Shown here: positions 9,872-18,063 of the stretch, in pieces
Layout of the letters: each line of letters begins with the position of its first letter
Numbering within the stretch: position 1 is the stretch's first letter
Source: Rickettsiales bacterium
GTDB taxonomy: Bacteria; Pseudomonadota; Alphaproteobacteria; Rs-D84
DNA: 64,000 nucleotides
Assembly (NCBI GenBank): GCA_031254335.1
Contig: JAIRUP010000003.1
Coordinates: 5,257 to 69,256 of the forward strand
Direction of reading: 5' to 3'
Position numbers and translations under genes: made by a program
Notes under the pieces: generated by a model
The model's database searches: none
Seen by the model: the letters and a program-made list of their open reading frames with translations, nothing else
Told to the model about the DNA's origin: nothing

Positions 9872-12001
9872 GTGGAGCTGGCGGTGCAGGATTTATTGGA
9901 ATCTTTGAACGAGGGGCAGAGGCAGGCGGTTCTTACCACCGAGGGGCCTTTGCTTGTCCTAAGCGGCGCGGGGACAGGGAAGACCCGCGTGCTGACCACG
10001 CGCATAGCGCATATTTTGCAAAGCGGCTTGGCCGAGCCGTGGCAGATTCTCGCGCTTACCTTCACCAACAAGGCCGCCGGCGAAATGAAAACCCGGTTGC
10101 GCGGTTTGGTCGGAGATATGGTCGAGGGCGTTTGGATGGGGACTTTCCATTCCATAGGTTTGCGGATTCTGCGAGCGAACGCGCCGCTGGCGGGGCTTAA
10201 AAATCCCTTCGTCATCCTTAACGACGACGACCAGGAATCCGTCATAAAAAATATTCTGAAATCCATGAATCAGGACCCGAAGCAGGCGAGCGATATTGCC
10301 GGCAGGATTTCGCTTATGAAGGATACGGGACGAAACAGGCTGAACGAGTCCGAGCAGAAAGTTTTCGATGCATATCAGGCGGAATTGGAACGGATGAATG
10401 CCGTAGATTTTGGAGATTTGATTATAAAACCAATCAAGATGTTAATCGACAACCGCGATATTCTTAAAAAATATCAGCAACAATTCCTTTATGTGCTGGT
10501 GGACGAGTATCAGGACACCAACGCCTCGCAATATCAGCTTATGCGCCTGCTGGCAAGCGGGTCGGGAAATATTTGCTGCGTCGGCGACGACGACCAGTCA
10601 ATCTATTCCTGGCGCGGCTCGGAAGTCAAAAACATCCTGGGTTTTCAGAACGAATACAAGGGCGCGCAGGTCATTCGGCTTGAAAAAAACTATCGTTCGA
10701 CGCCCGAGATTCTCGGCGCGGCGAACAGCCTGATTAAAAACAACAAGGAACGCCTTGGGAAGAATTTGGAGGCGACCAAATCCGGCGGCGACAAGGTTCA
10801 AATAATCCGCGTTTGGAGCGACCTTGCGGAAGCGCAGGGGATTGCCGACGCCATTCAGGACATGGCGCGCGACGGCGAAAATTATTCCGATATGGCCGTA
10901 TTGATTAGAAGCGCGTCCTTGTCGCGACTTTTCGAAGAGGAATTTGTAAATCGCAAAATCCCATACAGACTTGTCGGCGGCACAAAGTTCTATGACCGCG
11001 CCGAAATCCGCGACGCAATCGCCTATGCGCGACTGCTGGCATATCCTTTCGACGATGTCGCCTTCGCGCGCATATTCAACACGCCGAAACGAAGCCTTGG
11101 CGACGCAGCTTTGGCCCAAGTCCGCGACTATGCCCGCGCGAACCATTTGTCTTTATTGGACGCGCTTCATTCCATGCCTTTGCCACCGCGCATGGCGAAA
11201 GGCGCGGCAGAATTCGCAAAGATTTTCTCCGAGGCGCGCGACATGGCGGACAGCGCGCCGCCCGCCGAAGTTTTCCAGGCTTTGCTGGACCGCGCGGGTT
11301 ATATCAAAATGTGGAACGAATCAAAAGAGCTTGACGCAAAGGAACGACTTGACCGAATCCGCGATTTAATCGGGACGCTTAAAGACGGGTATTCTTCATT
11401 GGAAGATTTCCTTGAACAGGTCGCGCTTTACACCAGCAACGACGAAGACGGCGTTTCCGGCGACGCCGTGTCCGTCATGACCATGCACGCCGCAAAGGGT
11501 TTGGAATTCAAGAATGTTTTTCTGCCGGCTTGGGAAGAGGGAATTTTTCCGAACGAGCGCGCTTTGGGCGAATTCGGAGCGGCGGCTTTGGAAGAAGAGC
11601 GGCGATTGGCTTATGTCGCCATCACGCGCGCGATTAGGCGCGCGGTCATTTCCCTGTCGGGTTCGCGCCTTTTGTTCGGGCAGCGGATTAATCCCAGGCC
11701 CAGCATGTTCATCGACGAGATAGAGGAAAGGTTTGCGGATAGGGTCGGGTTTAACAAAGGATATATACAATCTGAGATGCCGACCGACGCCCGCATGGCA
11801 CCCCCCACCGAAAAATCGCGCGGCGATTTTTCGACTTTCCCGCAAGGGGGGAGTTCCCCCTTTATCGGCCGGATGGTCGCGCACGAGGAATTGGGCAGGG
11901 GCGTCGTTATTCAATTAGACGGAGATATTGCGACCGTCGCCTTCCGGGACGCCGGGATGAAGAAGGTCAAGGTCGAGTTTTTGGAATTCGATAAAAAATA
12001 A
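9872..12001 (+). CDS. uvrD: UvrD/Rep-family ATP-dependent DNA helicase
   Basis: LLESLNEGQRQAV followed by the GAGTGKT Walker A; DEYQDTN; a helicase C-terminal region. The start is uncertain: the ORF track opens at 9761, but a B-family repeat lies in-frame at 9843..9870, so GTG 9872 is proposed. Confidence 0.85.
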   Translation: MELAVQDLLESLNEGQRQAVLTTEGPLLVLSGAGTGKTRVLTTRIAHILQSGLAEPWQILALTFTNKAAGEMKTRLRGLVGDMVEGVWMGTFHSIGLRILRANAPLAGLKNPFVILNDDDQESVIKNILKSMNQDPKQASDIAGRISLMKDTGRNRLNESEQKVFDAYQAELERMNAVDFGDLIIKPIKMLIDNRDILKKYQQQFLYVLVDEYQDTNASQYQLMRLLASGSGNICCVGDDDQSIYSWRGSEVKNILGFQNEYKGAQVIRLEKNYRSTPEILGAANSLIKNNKERLGKNLEATKSGGDKVQIIRVWSDLAEAQGIADAIQDMARDGENYSDMAVLIRSASLSRLFEEEFVNRKIPYRLVGGTKFYDRAEIRDAIAYARLLAYPFDDVAFARIFNTPKRSLGDAALAQVRDYARANHLSLLDALHSMPLPPRMAKGAAEFAKIFSEARDMADSAPPAEVFQALLDRAGYIKMWNESKELDAKERLDRIRDLIGTLKDGYSSLEDFLEQVALYTSNDEDGVSGDAVSVMTMHAAKGLEFKNVFLPAWEEGIFPNERALGEFGAAALEEERRLAYVAITRAIRRAVISLSGSRLLFGQRINPRPSMFIDEIEERFADRVGFNKGYIQSEMPTDARMAPPTEKSRGDFSTFPQGGSSPFIGRMVAHEELGRGVVIQLDGDIATVAFRDAGMKKVKVEFLEFDKK

Positions 12002-12012
12002 AAGTCCAAATA

Positions 12013-12990
12013 TTAGAGGCGGGGGGCGAGGGTCAGGACATCGTGCGTAATCGATACGCGGGTCGTATTCCCGTTCGGAGCCGTATAATCGTAATCCAAC
12101 GGCAACTGCCTGAGTTCGGGCGCGGTATTGAACAACTGCATGAACGGCGTCAGCATTTTCTTGAAATTAATTCCCGACGCTCCGCTGAAACAAGTCTGCT
12201 GCGCCGTCGTCATCGCCGCCGCCAGCTGGCCGCCGCCTGAAATCGTTTGTATCTCCTCGTCCGACATCACAAGGCATCTGTCCGTGAAGTGGAACACATT
12301 CTCGTCGTCGCTCATGACCGCGCGGACATCGAGCTGCGACGCGCCCATATCGCGCAACGCGTTCCCAAGCGAATTAGTGCAGCACTTCTTTCCCGCCGTC
12401 AAAAGGTTCCTATGCGCGCCTATCAGCACCCGGCCCGATTCGCTGCCGACGGGAAGGCTTCGGCGGTTCTTCAATTCCGTTATTATTATGCACATCTGCC
12501 GCTGGTCCACGCCATGCCCGCGGATTTGCGTCGTCGCGCGCACCGGCGGCTTTTTGTTCCATACCGCGCATTCCTTTTGCGTCCCATGCGGGCAACGGCC
12601 CCGTCCGACCGGCCCGCCGCAATGCAGTTTCCCATAGGATTCCAAGTCGCCGATTACGACGACCTTGTTCTCGAACAGATAATTGTTCTGGACATGGGTG
12701 AAAGGATTCGGAAATGTCGGCGCGGGATGGCCCGCCATCATTTCGGCCAGCGCGTCGTCGAACGCGCCGAGTCGCCCGGCGCGGAGCGGACCGGCCGCAA
12801 CGGGCTCCCATTCGCCGTCCTCGTCGTCTTCGATTTCTATATCAAGATTGATTACCAAGTCGCGCGGGACAGCCGGGCATTCCGCGGCTTCCTCTTCCGC
12901 CGGCTGCTCGGCGACGGGCTTTTCGGACGACGAGCAGCCCATGCCGAGGACGGCAATAATTCCTAGGAAAGAGACAAGTTTAAGGTTCAA
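12013..12990 (-). CDS. Hypothetical lipoprotein
   Basis: Signal peptide with a lipobox (LGMGCSS); an acidic stretch; Cys-rich; apparent TTG start; no confident family assignment. Confidence 0.5.
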   Translation of the reverse strand: MNLKLVSFLGIIAVLGMGCSSSEKPVAEQPAEEEAAECPAVPRDLVINLDIEIEDDEDGEWEPVAAGPLRAGRLGAFDDALAEMMAGHPAPTFPNPFTHVQNNYLFENKVVVIGDLESYGKLHCGGPVGRGRCPHGTQKECAVWNKKPPVRATTQIRGHGVDQRQMCIIITELKNRRSLPVGSESGRVLIGAHRNLLTAGKKCCTNSLGNALRDMGASQLDVRAVMSDDENVFHFTDRCLVMSDEEIQTISGGGQLAAAMTTAQQTCFSGASGINFKKMLTPFMQLFNTAPELRQLPLDYDYTAPNGNTTRVSITHDVLTLAPRL

Positions 12991-12996
12991 GTTTCT

Positions 12997-13050
12997 GACC
13001 CCCCACCAAAACCGCTTTGCGGTTTTGGCTCCCCCGCAAGGGGGGAGCTG
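12997..13050. repeat. C-family palindromic repeat (gaccccccacc...hairpin...cccccgcaaggggggag)
   Basis: Identical termini recur at 21988, 30011, 32374, 39928, 41368, 47712, 56285 and 62989, and in the composite copies at 46805, 53330 and 59902. Confidence 0.85.
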
Positions 13051-13056
13051 ATTTTA

Positions 13057-13707
13057 TTATTTTACTTTCAGGTTGAACTTGGTGGCTTTCTTGTCAAGCG
13101 CGGCTATGATTTCGTTCGTTATATCAAGCCCCGGCGCTTTGCTGACCACGCGGGTGAACCTGGCGTCCATTATAAGGTCCAGGCCTTTCTTCGCCGCGAG
13201 CGCGTCGATTACAGGGTCCAGATGCTTTTCCTGGATTTCAAGCAGCGCAGCTTGGAACGAAGCGTCGATGGCCTGGGCGCGCTCGGCTATTTCCTTTTGG
13301 AATTCGCCGACCGTTCTTTGGTATTCCACCACGCGCTGCTGCAACGCTTCGCGCGACAGGATTCCCTGCTGGCTTTCGATGGCTTTCTTTTCCGATTCCA
13401 ATTTCTTCTGCTTCCTTTCAAGGTCCGACTTCAAGTCGCTTTCCAGGCTTTCGCGCTGTTTCCGCAAATCCGCCAGGATTTTCGCGCTCTTTTGGATGTC
13501 GTCCATTCTGACGACCGCTATGCGCAGGTCCGCCGCAGACACCGAGAGCGCGGACGCGTCCGCCACCGCATGCTCGGCCGAGATGTTGCGCTTCATGCCG
13601 CCGATGGCGAAGACGCCAATCCCCGCCGCGACCACCGCGACCGCAGCCGCGATTATAACTATTTTTTTGCTTTTGCCTTTCTGTTTAACAGGTGCTTGGT
13701 TTGCCAT
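13057..13707 (-). CDS. skp: Skp/OmpH-family periplasmic chaperone
   Basis: N-terminal anchor or signal, then a long coiled-coil (K/E/Q-rich) typical of OmpH; ends ...KKATKFNLKVK; the start is taken at MANQAPVKQK. Confidence 0.75.
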   Translation of the reverse strand: MANQAPVKQKGKSKKIVIIAAAVAVVAAGIGVFAIGGMKRNISAEHAVADASALSVSAADLRIAVVRMDDIQKSAKILADLRKQRESLESDLKSDLERKQKKLESEKKAIESQQGILSREALQQRVVEYQRTVGEFQKEIAERAQAIDASFQAALLEIQEKHLDPVIDALAAKKGLDLIMDARFTRVVSKAPGLDITNEIIAALDKKATKFNLKVK

Positions 13708-13833
13708 TTTTATGCTCCTTTTATTTTGTCCCTTTATTCTATCAGAAATCCCGCCGCTTGGCAATACGAAAAAATATCCCTTGCCTTGCAAAAACCAAAA
13801 TCTTATAATCAATTCCGAGAAGAGGGAATAAAT

Positions 13834-14955
13834 ATGCCAAAATCAAAATTAACCGTGAAATCCGCGGAAAAACTAGCTCCGGCCAAATTGGAAAAGGACG
13901 CGCATTTGCCCGCGCCAGAAAGCGACAAGGTCAAAAAGGAATCCAAACCCAGGCCGTCCCGCGCGCGTTTCCTGCTGTGGCTTCTGATGGGCGCGTTCAT
14001 AATCGCCGTCGGATACACCCTTGTCAATTTCCACAAGCCCATGTTCCCGAGGAACGCCGCGAAGCACATCGCCGAAAAATTCCAGGAGAAAAAGGGCGCG
14101 CAGCTTGCCGAGGAACCAGTCGTCATAGTTCCCGAAATCGACACCAGCATGGCCGTCGTCGCGAACGCCGTCGTCCTGTCCGACGAACAAAAACAGCAGA
14201 AGGCCCAGGAATACATCCTGTCCGGCGTCGAACTGCTTAAAGCCGGAAAGGCCGACCTTGCGCTGGCCGATTTCAATTCCGCAATCGCCTTGTTCCCGAC
14301 TTTCGCGCCGTCCTATGTTTATCGCGGCGAGGCCCTGTTCCAGAAGACCGATTACGCGGGCGCGATGGAATCGTTCGACACCGCCCTTAAAATCGACGAG
14401 AACCTGGCGATGTCTTGGTTCGACAAGTCCGTTCTGCAAGTCAAGCTGGGCGACCTTGTCGGCGCGATGGACAGCATAAACGCCGCCATCAATTCATATC
14501 AAAACTATCCCGACGAGAACGCCAACATATACGCCGACGACCTTTACCGCAAGCGCGCCCAGCTGAACCTTTGGCGGAAGAACTGGACCGACGCGATACA
14601 CGACTTCACCATGGCCAGCAGCTTTGCGCGCAACCTGGGCCGCCTTGATTTCCCCGATATTTCCGGCCGCGCCGACGCGAAGATGGGGCTTGGCGATTTC
14701 GCCGGGGCGGTCCGCGACTTCGACGAGGTAATCAAAAGCGTCGCCGCCGCAATCGGCCGCATGGACGACGAAGAGGAAAAAGTCGCGTCCGCGACTTTGG
14801 CCATGGAAGCGTTCGAAAAGCGCGCCGCAATCAAGCTGCGCCTTGGCGACGCGGACGGCGCGCGCGAGGACCTTGTTGGGGCAATCGTTTTGGCCGAAGT
14901 TATAGGCGACTTCGAGCGCAAAGAGTCCTTAGAGGCTTCCTTGGGCCAGATATAA
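13834..14955 (+). CDS. TPR-repeat protein with an N-terminal transmembrane anchor
   Basis: agagggaat RBS; TM segment FLLWLLMGAFIIAVGY; several TPR-like units (ALADFNSAIALFP...YRGEALFQKTDYAGAMESFDTALKID). Confidence 0.7.
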   Translation: MPKSKLTVKSAEKLAPAKLEKDAHLPAPESDKVKKESKPRPSRARFLLWLLMGAFIIAVGYTLVNFHKPMFPRNAAKHIAEKFQEKKGAQLAEEPVVIVPEIDTSMAVVANAVVLSDEQKQQKAQEYILSGVELLKAGKADLALADFNSAIALFPTFAPSYVYRGEALFQKTDYAGAMESFDTALKIDENLAMSWFDKSVLQVKLGDLVGAMDSINAAINSYQNYPDENANIYADDLYRKRAQLNLWRKNWTDAIHDFTMASSFARNLGRLDFPDISGRADAKMGLGDFAGAVRDFDEVIKSVAAAIGRMDDEEEKVASATLAMEAFEKRAAIKLRLGDADGAREDLVGAIVLAEVIGDFERKESLEASLGQI

Positions 14956-15140
14956 GGACAAAAAATAAGCGGACAAAAAACATGGCGGACTTTTCCGTTC
15001 GCCGGGTCAAATCACCCACTACCTTCGCAAACCCGACGCGCCGCGGACCGCCAAGTCCAGACGGCGGTCGGGTTTGCTTGGTATTGCGCGATTTCCCCTC
15101 GGCGTCGTGAGTCCGCCGATGTTTTTTGAGTTATTTACCT

Positions 15141-15198
15141 GCTAACGCAGGATTTATTACTGGATGCCAGCCTTCGCTGGCATGACGGCGGGGGAGCT
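15141..15198. repeat. B-family repeat, extended form (ttacctgctaacgcaggatttattactggatGCCAGCcttcGCTGGCatgacggcgg)
   Basis: A near-identical 55-bp copy lies at 21444..21500; shorter B copies sit at 9043, 9843, 20943, 23871, 27363, 29945, 36470, 41955, 45745 and 54672. Confidence 0.85.
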
Positions 15199-15267
15199 GG
15201 AATGACTGTGGAGGTCGGGCTTGACCCGAGAATCCCAGTATATTATAATCATAAAAAAAGGAACTCC

Positions 15268-16321
15268 CATGCTGAAAAGACTTATGGCACGATTCTTTGC
15301 GCCGAAGGCGTCCGTCAAACTCACCGCAGGCGAAGTCGCCGACAAGCTGGGTTTGGAAGTCCGCGGGAACCGCGACGAATTGATAACGGGCCTTGCGCCA
15401 ATCGCAGACGCCAATCCGGGGCAGGCTTCGTTCTATTCCACCGAGAAGACTTCCACCGCGGGCAAGGTTCTTCCCATCGAGGTTCTTCGCAACACCAAGG
15501 CTTCCGTCATTCTCTTGCAGCCCGAGCAGGTATGCGACGCGCCCAAAGGGGCCACACTTGTAATATCCGACAGTCCGCGCCGAGATGTCATCAAAATCAT
15601 GGAAATCATTTTCGCCCCGAAAAAACGGCGCGGAATCGACCGAAGCGCGAAGATTGCCCGCGGCGTTTTCTTCCGCGACAAGAAGTCCGTTTTCATCGGA
15701 CCGAACGCCGTTATCGAACCGGGCTGCGTCATCGAGCCGGATGTCGAAATCGAATCGTGCGCATACATCGGCGGACGCAGCGTCATCGGACGCGGCACCG
15801 TCATCCGCCCCTTCGCCTATGTCATGAACACAACCTGCGGCGCGGACTGCGAAATCCAGAACGGCGCGTCCGTCGGCAAACACGGATTCGGATATTCCAT
15901 CGTCGACGGCAAGAACACGCCCATTCCGCACCTTGGCCGCGTGGTTTTGGGCGACCGGGTCGATGTCGGCGCGAACAGCGTCGTCGACCGCGGCGTCATG
16001 GCCGACACCGTTGTCGGCGAAGGCACCAAGTTCGACAGCCTTGTCATGGTCGGGCATAATGTCGTTTTCGGAAAGGAATGCTTCGCCGCAGGGCAGTCGG
16101 GATTCGCGGGCGGCACGGTTGTCGGCGACCGCGCCAAATTCGGCGGACAGGCCGGCGCGGTCAACAAGATTGCCATCGGCGACGACGCGGAGGTCGGCAC
16201 GAATTCATGCCCGACCAAGAATGTCCCGGCCGGAGCGAAACTGCTGGGATTCCCCGCCGTCCCCGCGAACGAGTTCTTGCGGATGCACGCTTTCCTTAAA
16301 CGGGCGGTCAAGCCGGAGTGA
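15268..16321 (+). CDS. lpxD: UDP-3-O-(3-hydroxyacyl)glucosamine N-acyltransferase
   Basis: N-terminal LpxD domain followed by left-handed beta-helix hexapeptide repeats (GxxVxIGxxxxI...); a tataat lies upstream. Confidence 0.85.
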
Positions 16322-16331
16322 TAATTAGGAA

Positions 16332-16358
16332 TCGGCCGCGAAAGCGGCCGATTTTCTT
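16332..16358 (+). terminator. Hairpin terminator after lpxD; first module of an E-family repeat
   Basis: cggccgc-gaaa-gcggccg followed by attttctt; the remainder of the element (...attacctagatggtcgggtcggagcccgaacatgaca) matches 8153..8190. Confidence 0.55.
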
Positions 16359-16402
16359 ATTACCTAGATGGTCGGGTCGGAGCCCGAACATGACAAGATG
16401 TT

Positions 16403-17413
16403 TTACCGGGATTTGACGCCGGTTTCGGAGCGGATGGCGTAAAGCTGGCGCGCGGCTGAAAGATTGTAATCCTCGCCCACAAGATTGAAATACACATCGG
16501 TATATCCCGCGACCGTGTTCTTTATATCTTCGTCCGCAAGGACAAGCTCCTGCTGCGGAAGCTCGCCTTCATAGTTTTTCTTCATCGCGCGTACAAGACG
16601 GCGCACCGGCTCCTTGTCCAAGCTGGCAGGGTCGCGCTTTTCGGCGAAGGCCTTCTCGTATTCGTCGCTTGCGACGAAGCGGGATGAATCCGGAGTGAAA
16701 GCCTCGTCCCCAAGGATAATATTTTCGTCTTCCCGTCCAAGCTCCACCTTCGTATCAATCAGGACTATGCCTTTGCCGAGCGCGTATTCGCTGGCGTCCT
16801 TGAACAGTTTAAGCGAGACAAGCTCTATCCCCGGACCGAATCCGGCATAGCCGTTTTGATTCAGGATTTCGCCCGCTTGCGCGACCGTTATATTCTCGTC
16901 ATGAAGGCCCAGTTCCGCCTTGGTCGACGGCGTATAAATCGCGCCCTTGGGGAATTTCTGCCAGTTCACGAGGCCCTTGCCCACATCGTGGCCCATCAGC
17001 ATGCCGTTGTTGTCCTCGTTGTATTTTTTCACGACGCTGCCAGTGAAATAGCCGCGAACGATACATTCCAGCGGGAACATATCCAATTTCTTAACCAATA
17101 TCGCGCGGTTTTTCAGCCGCTGTGACACGGGCTTCAAGGCCGGGATGCCGCGCGCTATGCTTTCAATATCCTTGTCCACGATATGGTTCGAATTCGGCGC
17201 AAGCTTTTCCATCCAGAAATTCGACATTTGATTCAGGACTATGCCCTTGCCAGGAATCTTGGACTTCAAGACGACATCCAGGGCCGAGATTCGGTCGGTC
17301 GTGACGATTAAAAGATATTTGTCGTCCGCCTTGTAAGTCTCGCGGACTTTGCCGACATTCAGCAACGGAAGGGGTATGAAATCGAAATCGGGTTTGATTT
17401 GGGGTTTCGCCAT
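16403..17413 (-). CDS. purC: Phosphoribosylaminoimidazole-succinocarboxamide (SAICAR) synthase, long form
   Basis: 336 aa; PurC-like N-terminus (LLNVGKVRETY...) and ATP-grasp-like core. Confidence 0.8.
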   Translation of the reverse strand: MAKPQIKPDFDFIPLPLLNVGKVRETYKADDKYLLIVTTDRISALDVVLKSKIPGKGIVLNQMSNFWMEKLAPNSNHIVDKDIESIARGIPALKPVSQRLKNRAILVKKLDMFPLECIVRGYFTGSVVKKYNEDNNGMLMGHDVGKGLVNWQKFPKGAIYTPSTKAELGLHDENITVAQAGEILNQNGYAGFGPGIELVSLKLFKDASEYALGKGIVLIDTKVELGREDENIILGDEAFTPDSSRFVASDEYEKAFAEKRDPASLDKEPVRRLVRAMKKNYEGELPQQELVLADEDIKNTVAGYTDVYFNLVGEDYNLSAARQLYAIRSETGVKSR

Positions 17414-17508
17414 TTTAACGACCTTTGGTTTGTTGTTTCAAACTCTCTCAAATCCCCGTGAGTGAATTATCGCCCACGGCGCGCGAAAAGTCAAGGTCAG
17501 ACTTGGGC

Positions 17509-17536
17509 TTGACATCCGTTCGCGATTGGTTATAAT
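17509..17536 (+). promoter_or_regulatory. Near-consensus sigma70 promoter for fabZ
   Basis: TTGACA, a 16-nt spacer, then TATAAT, about 30 nt upstream of the fabZ ATG. Confidence 0.6.
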
Positions 17537-17566
17537 TTGTTAGAATTTTCAATAAGGGCCAAGAAA

Positions 17567-18016
17567 ATGTCCAAGAAATTTACAAAAAAAGACATAGAAA
17601 AAGTCATACCGCACCGCGGCGTCATGCTGCTTTTGGACGAGGCGACCGAAATCACAAAAACCTCGGGCAGGGCCGTGCATTTCGTCCGCGACGACGAGTT
17701 CTGGTGCGCCGGACACTTCCCGGGCAACCCCGTCATGCCGGGCGTGATTCAGGTCGAAGCACTTGCGCAGACGGCATGCCTTGTCGCGCTTAACGCCATG
17801 ATGGAGAAGTTCCCGAACCAGCGCGGCGCGGGGTATTTCACCAAAATCGAAAACTGCAAATTCACCAAGCTGGTTTGCCCGGGCGATGTTCTTGAACTGG
17901 AAGTGAACCTTATCATGAACAAGCTGACGCTTTACAAGTTCCACGGATGCGCGCGCGTCAATGGCGAAACGGTTTCGGAAGCTACTTTTTCCGCCATCAT
18001 GCAGTTCGGCGCATAG
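17567..18016 (+). CDS. fabZ: 3-hydroxyacyl-ACP dehydratase
   Basis: Hotdog-fold signature HFPGNPVMPGVIQVEALAQ. Confidence 0.9.
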   Translation: MSKKFTKKDIEKVIPHRGVMLLLDEATEITKTSGRAVHFVRDDEFWCAGHFPGNPVMPGVIQVEALAQTACLVALNAMMEKFPNQRGAGYFTKIENCKFTKLVCPGDVLELEVNLIMNKLTLYKFHGCARVNGETVSEATFSAIMQFGA

Positions 18017-18063
18017 CGCCTTTTCCCTTATAATTTCAGCCGCGAATATGCTATAATGCATTA

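Noticed and set aside
12013-12990. L,D-transpeptidase assignment for the lipoprotein
   Set aside because: A His-Gly is present, but there is no SxGC(I/V)R catalytic motif. It is left as a hypothetical lipoprotein.
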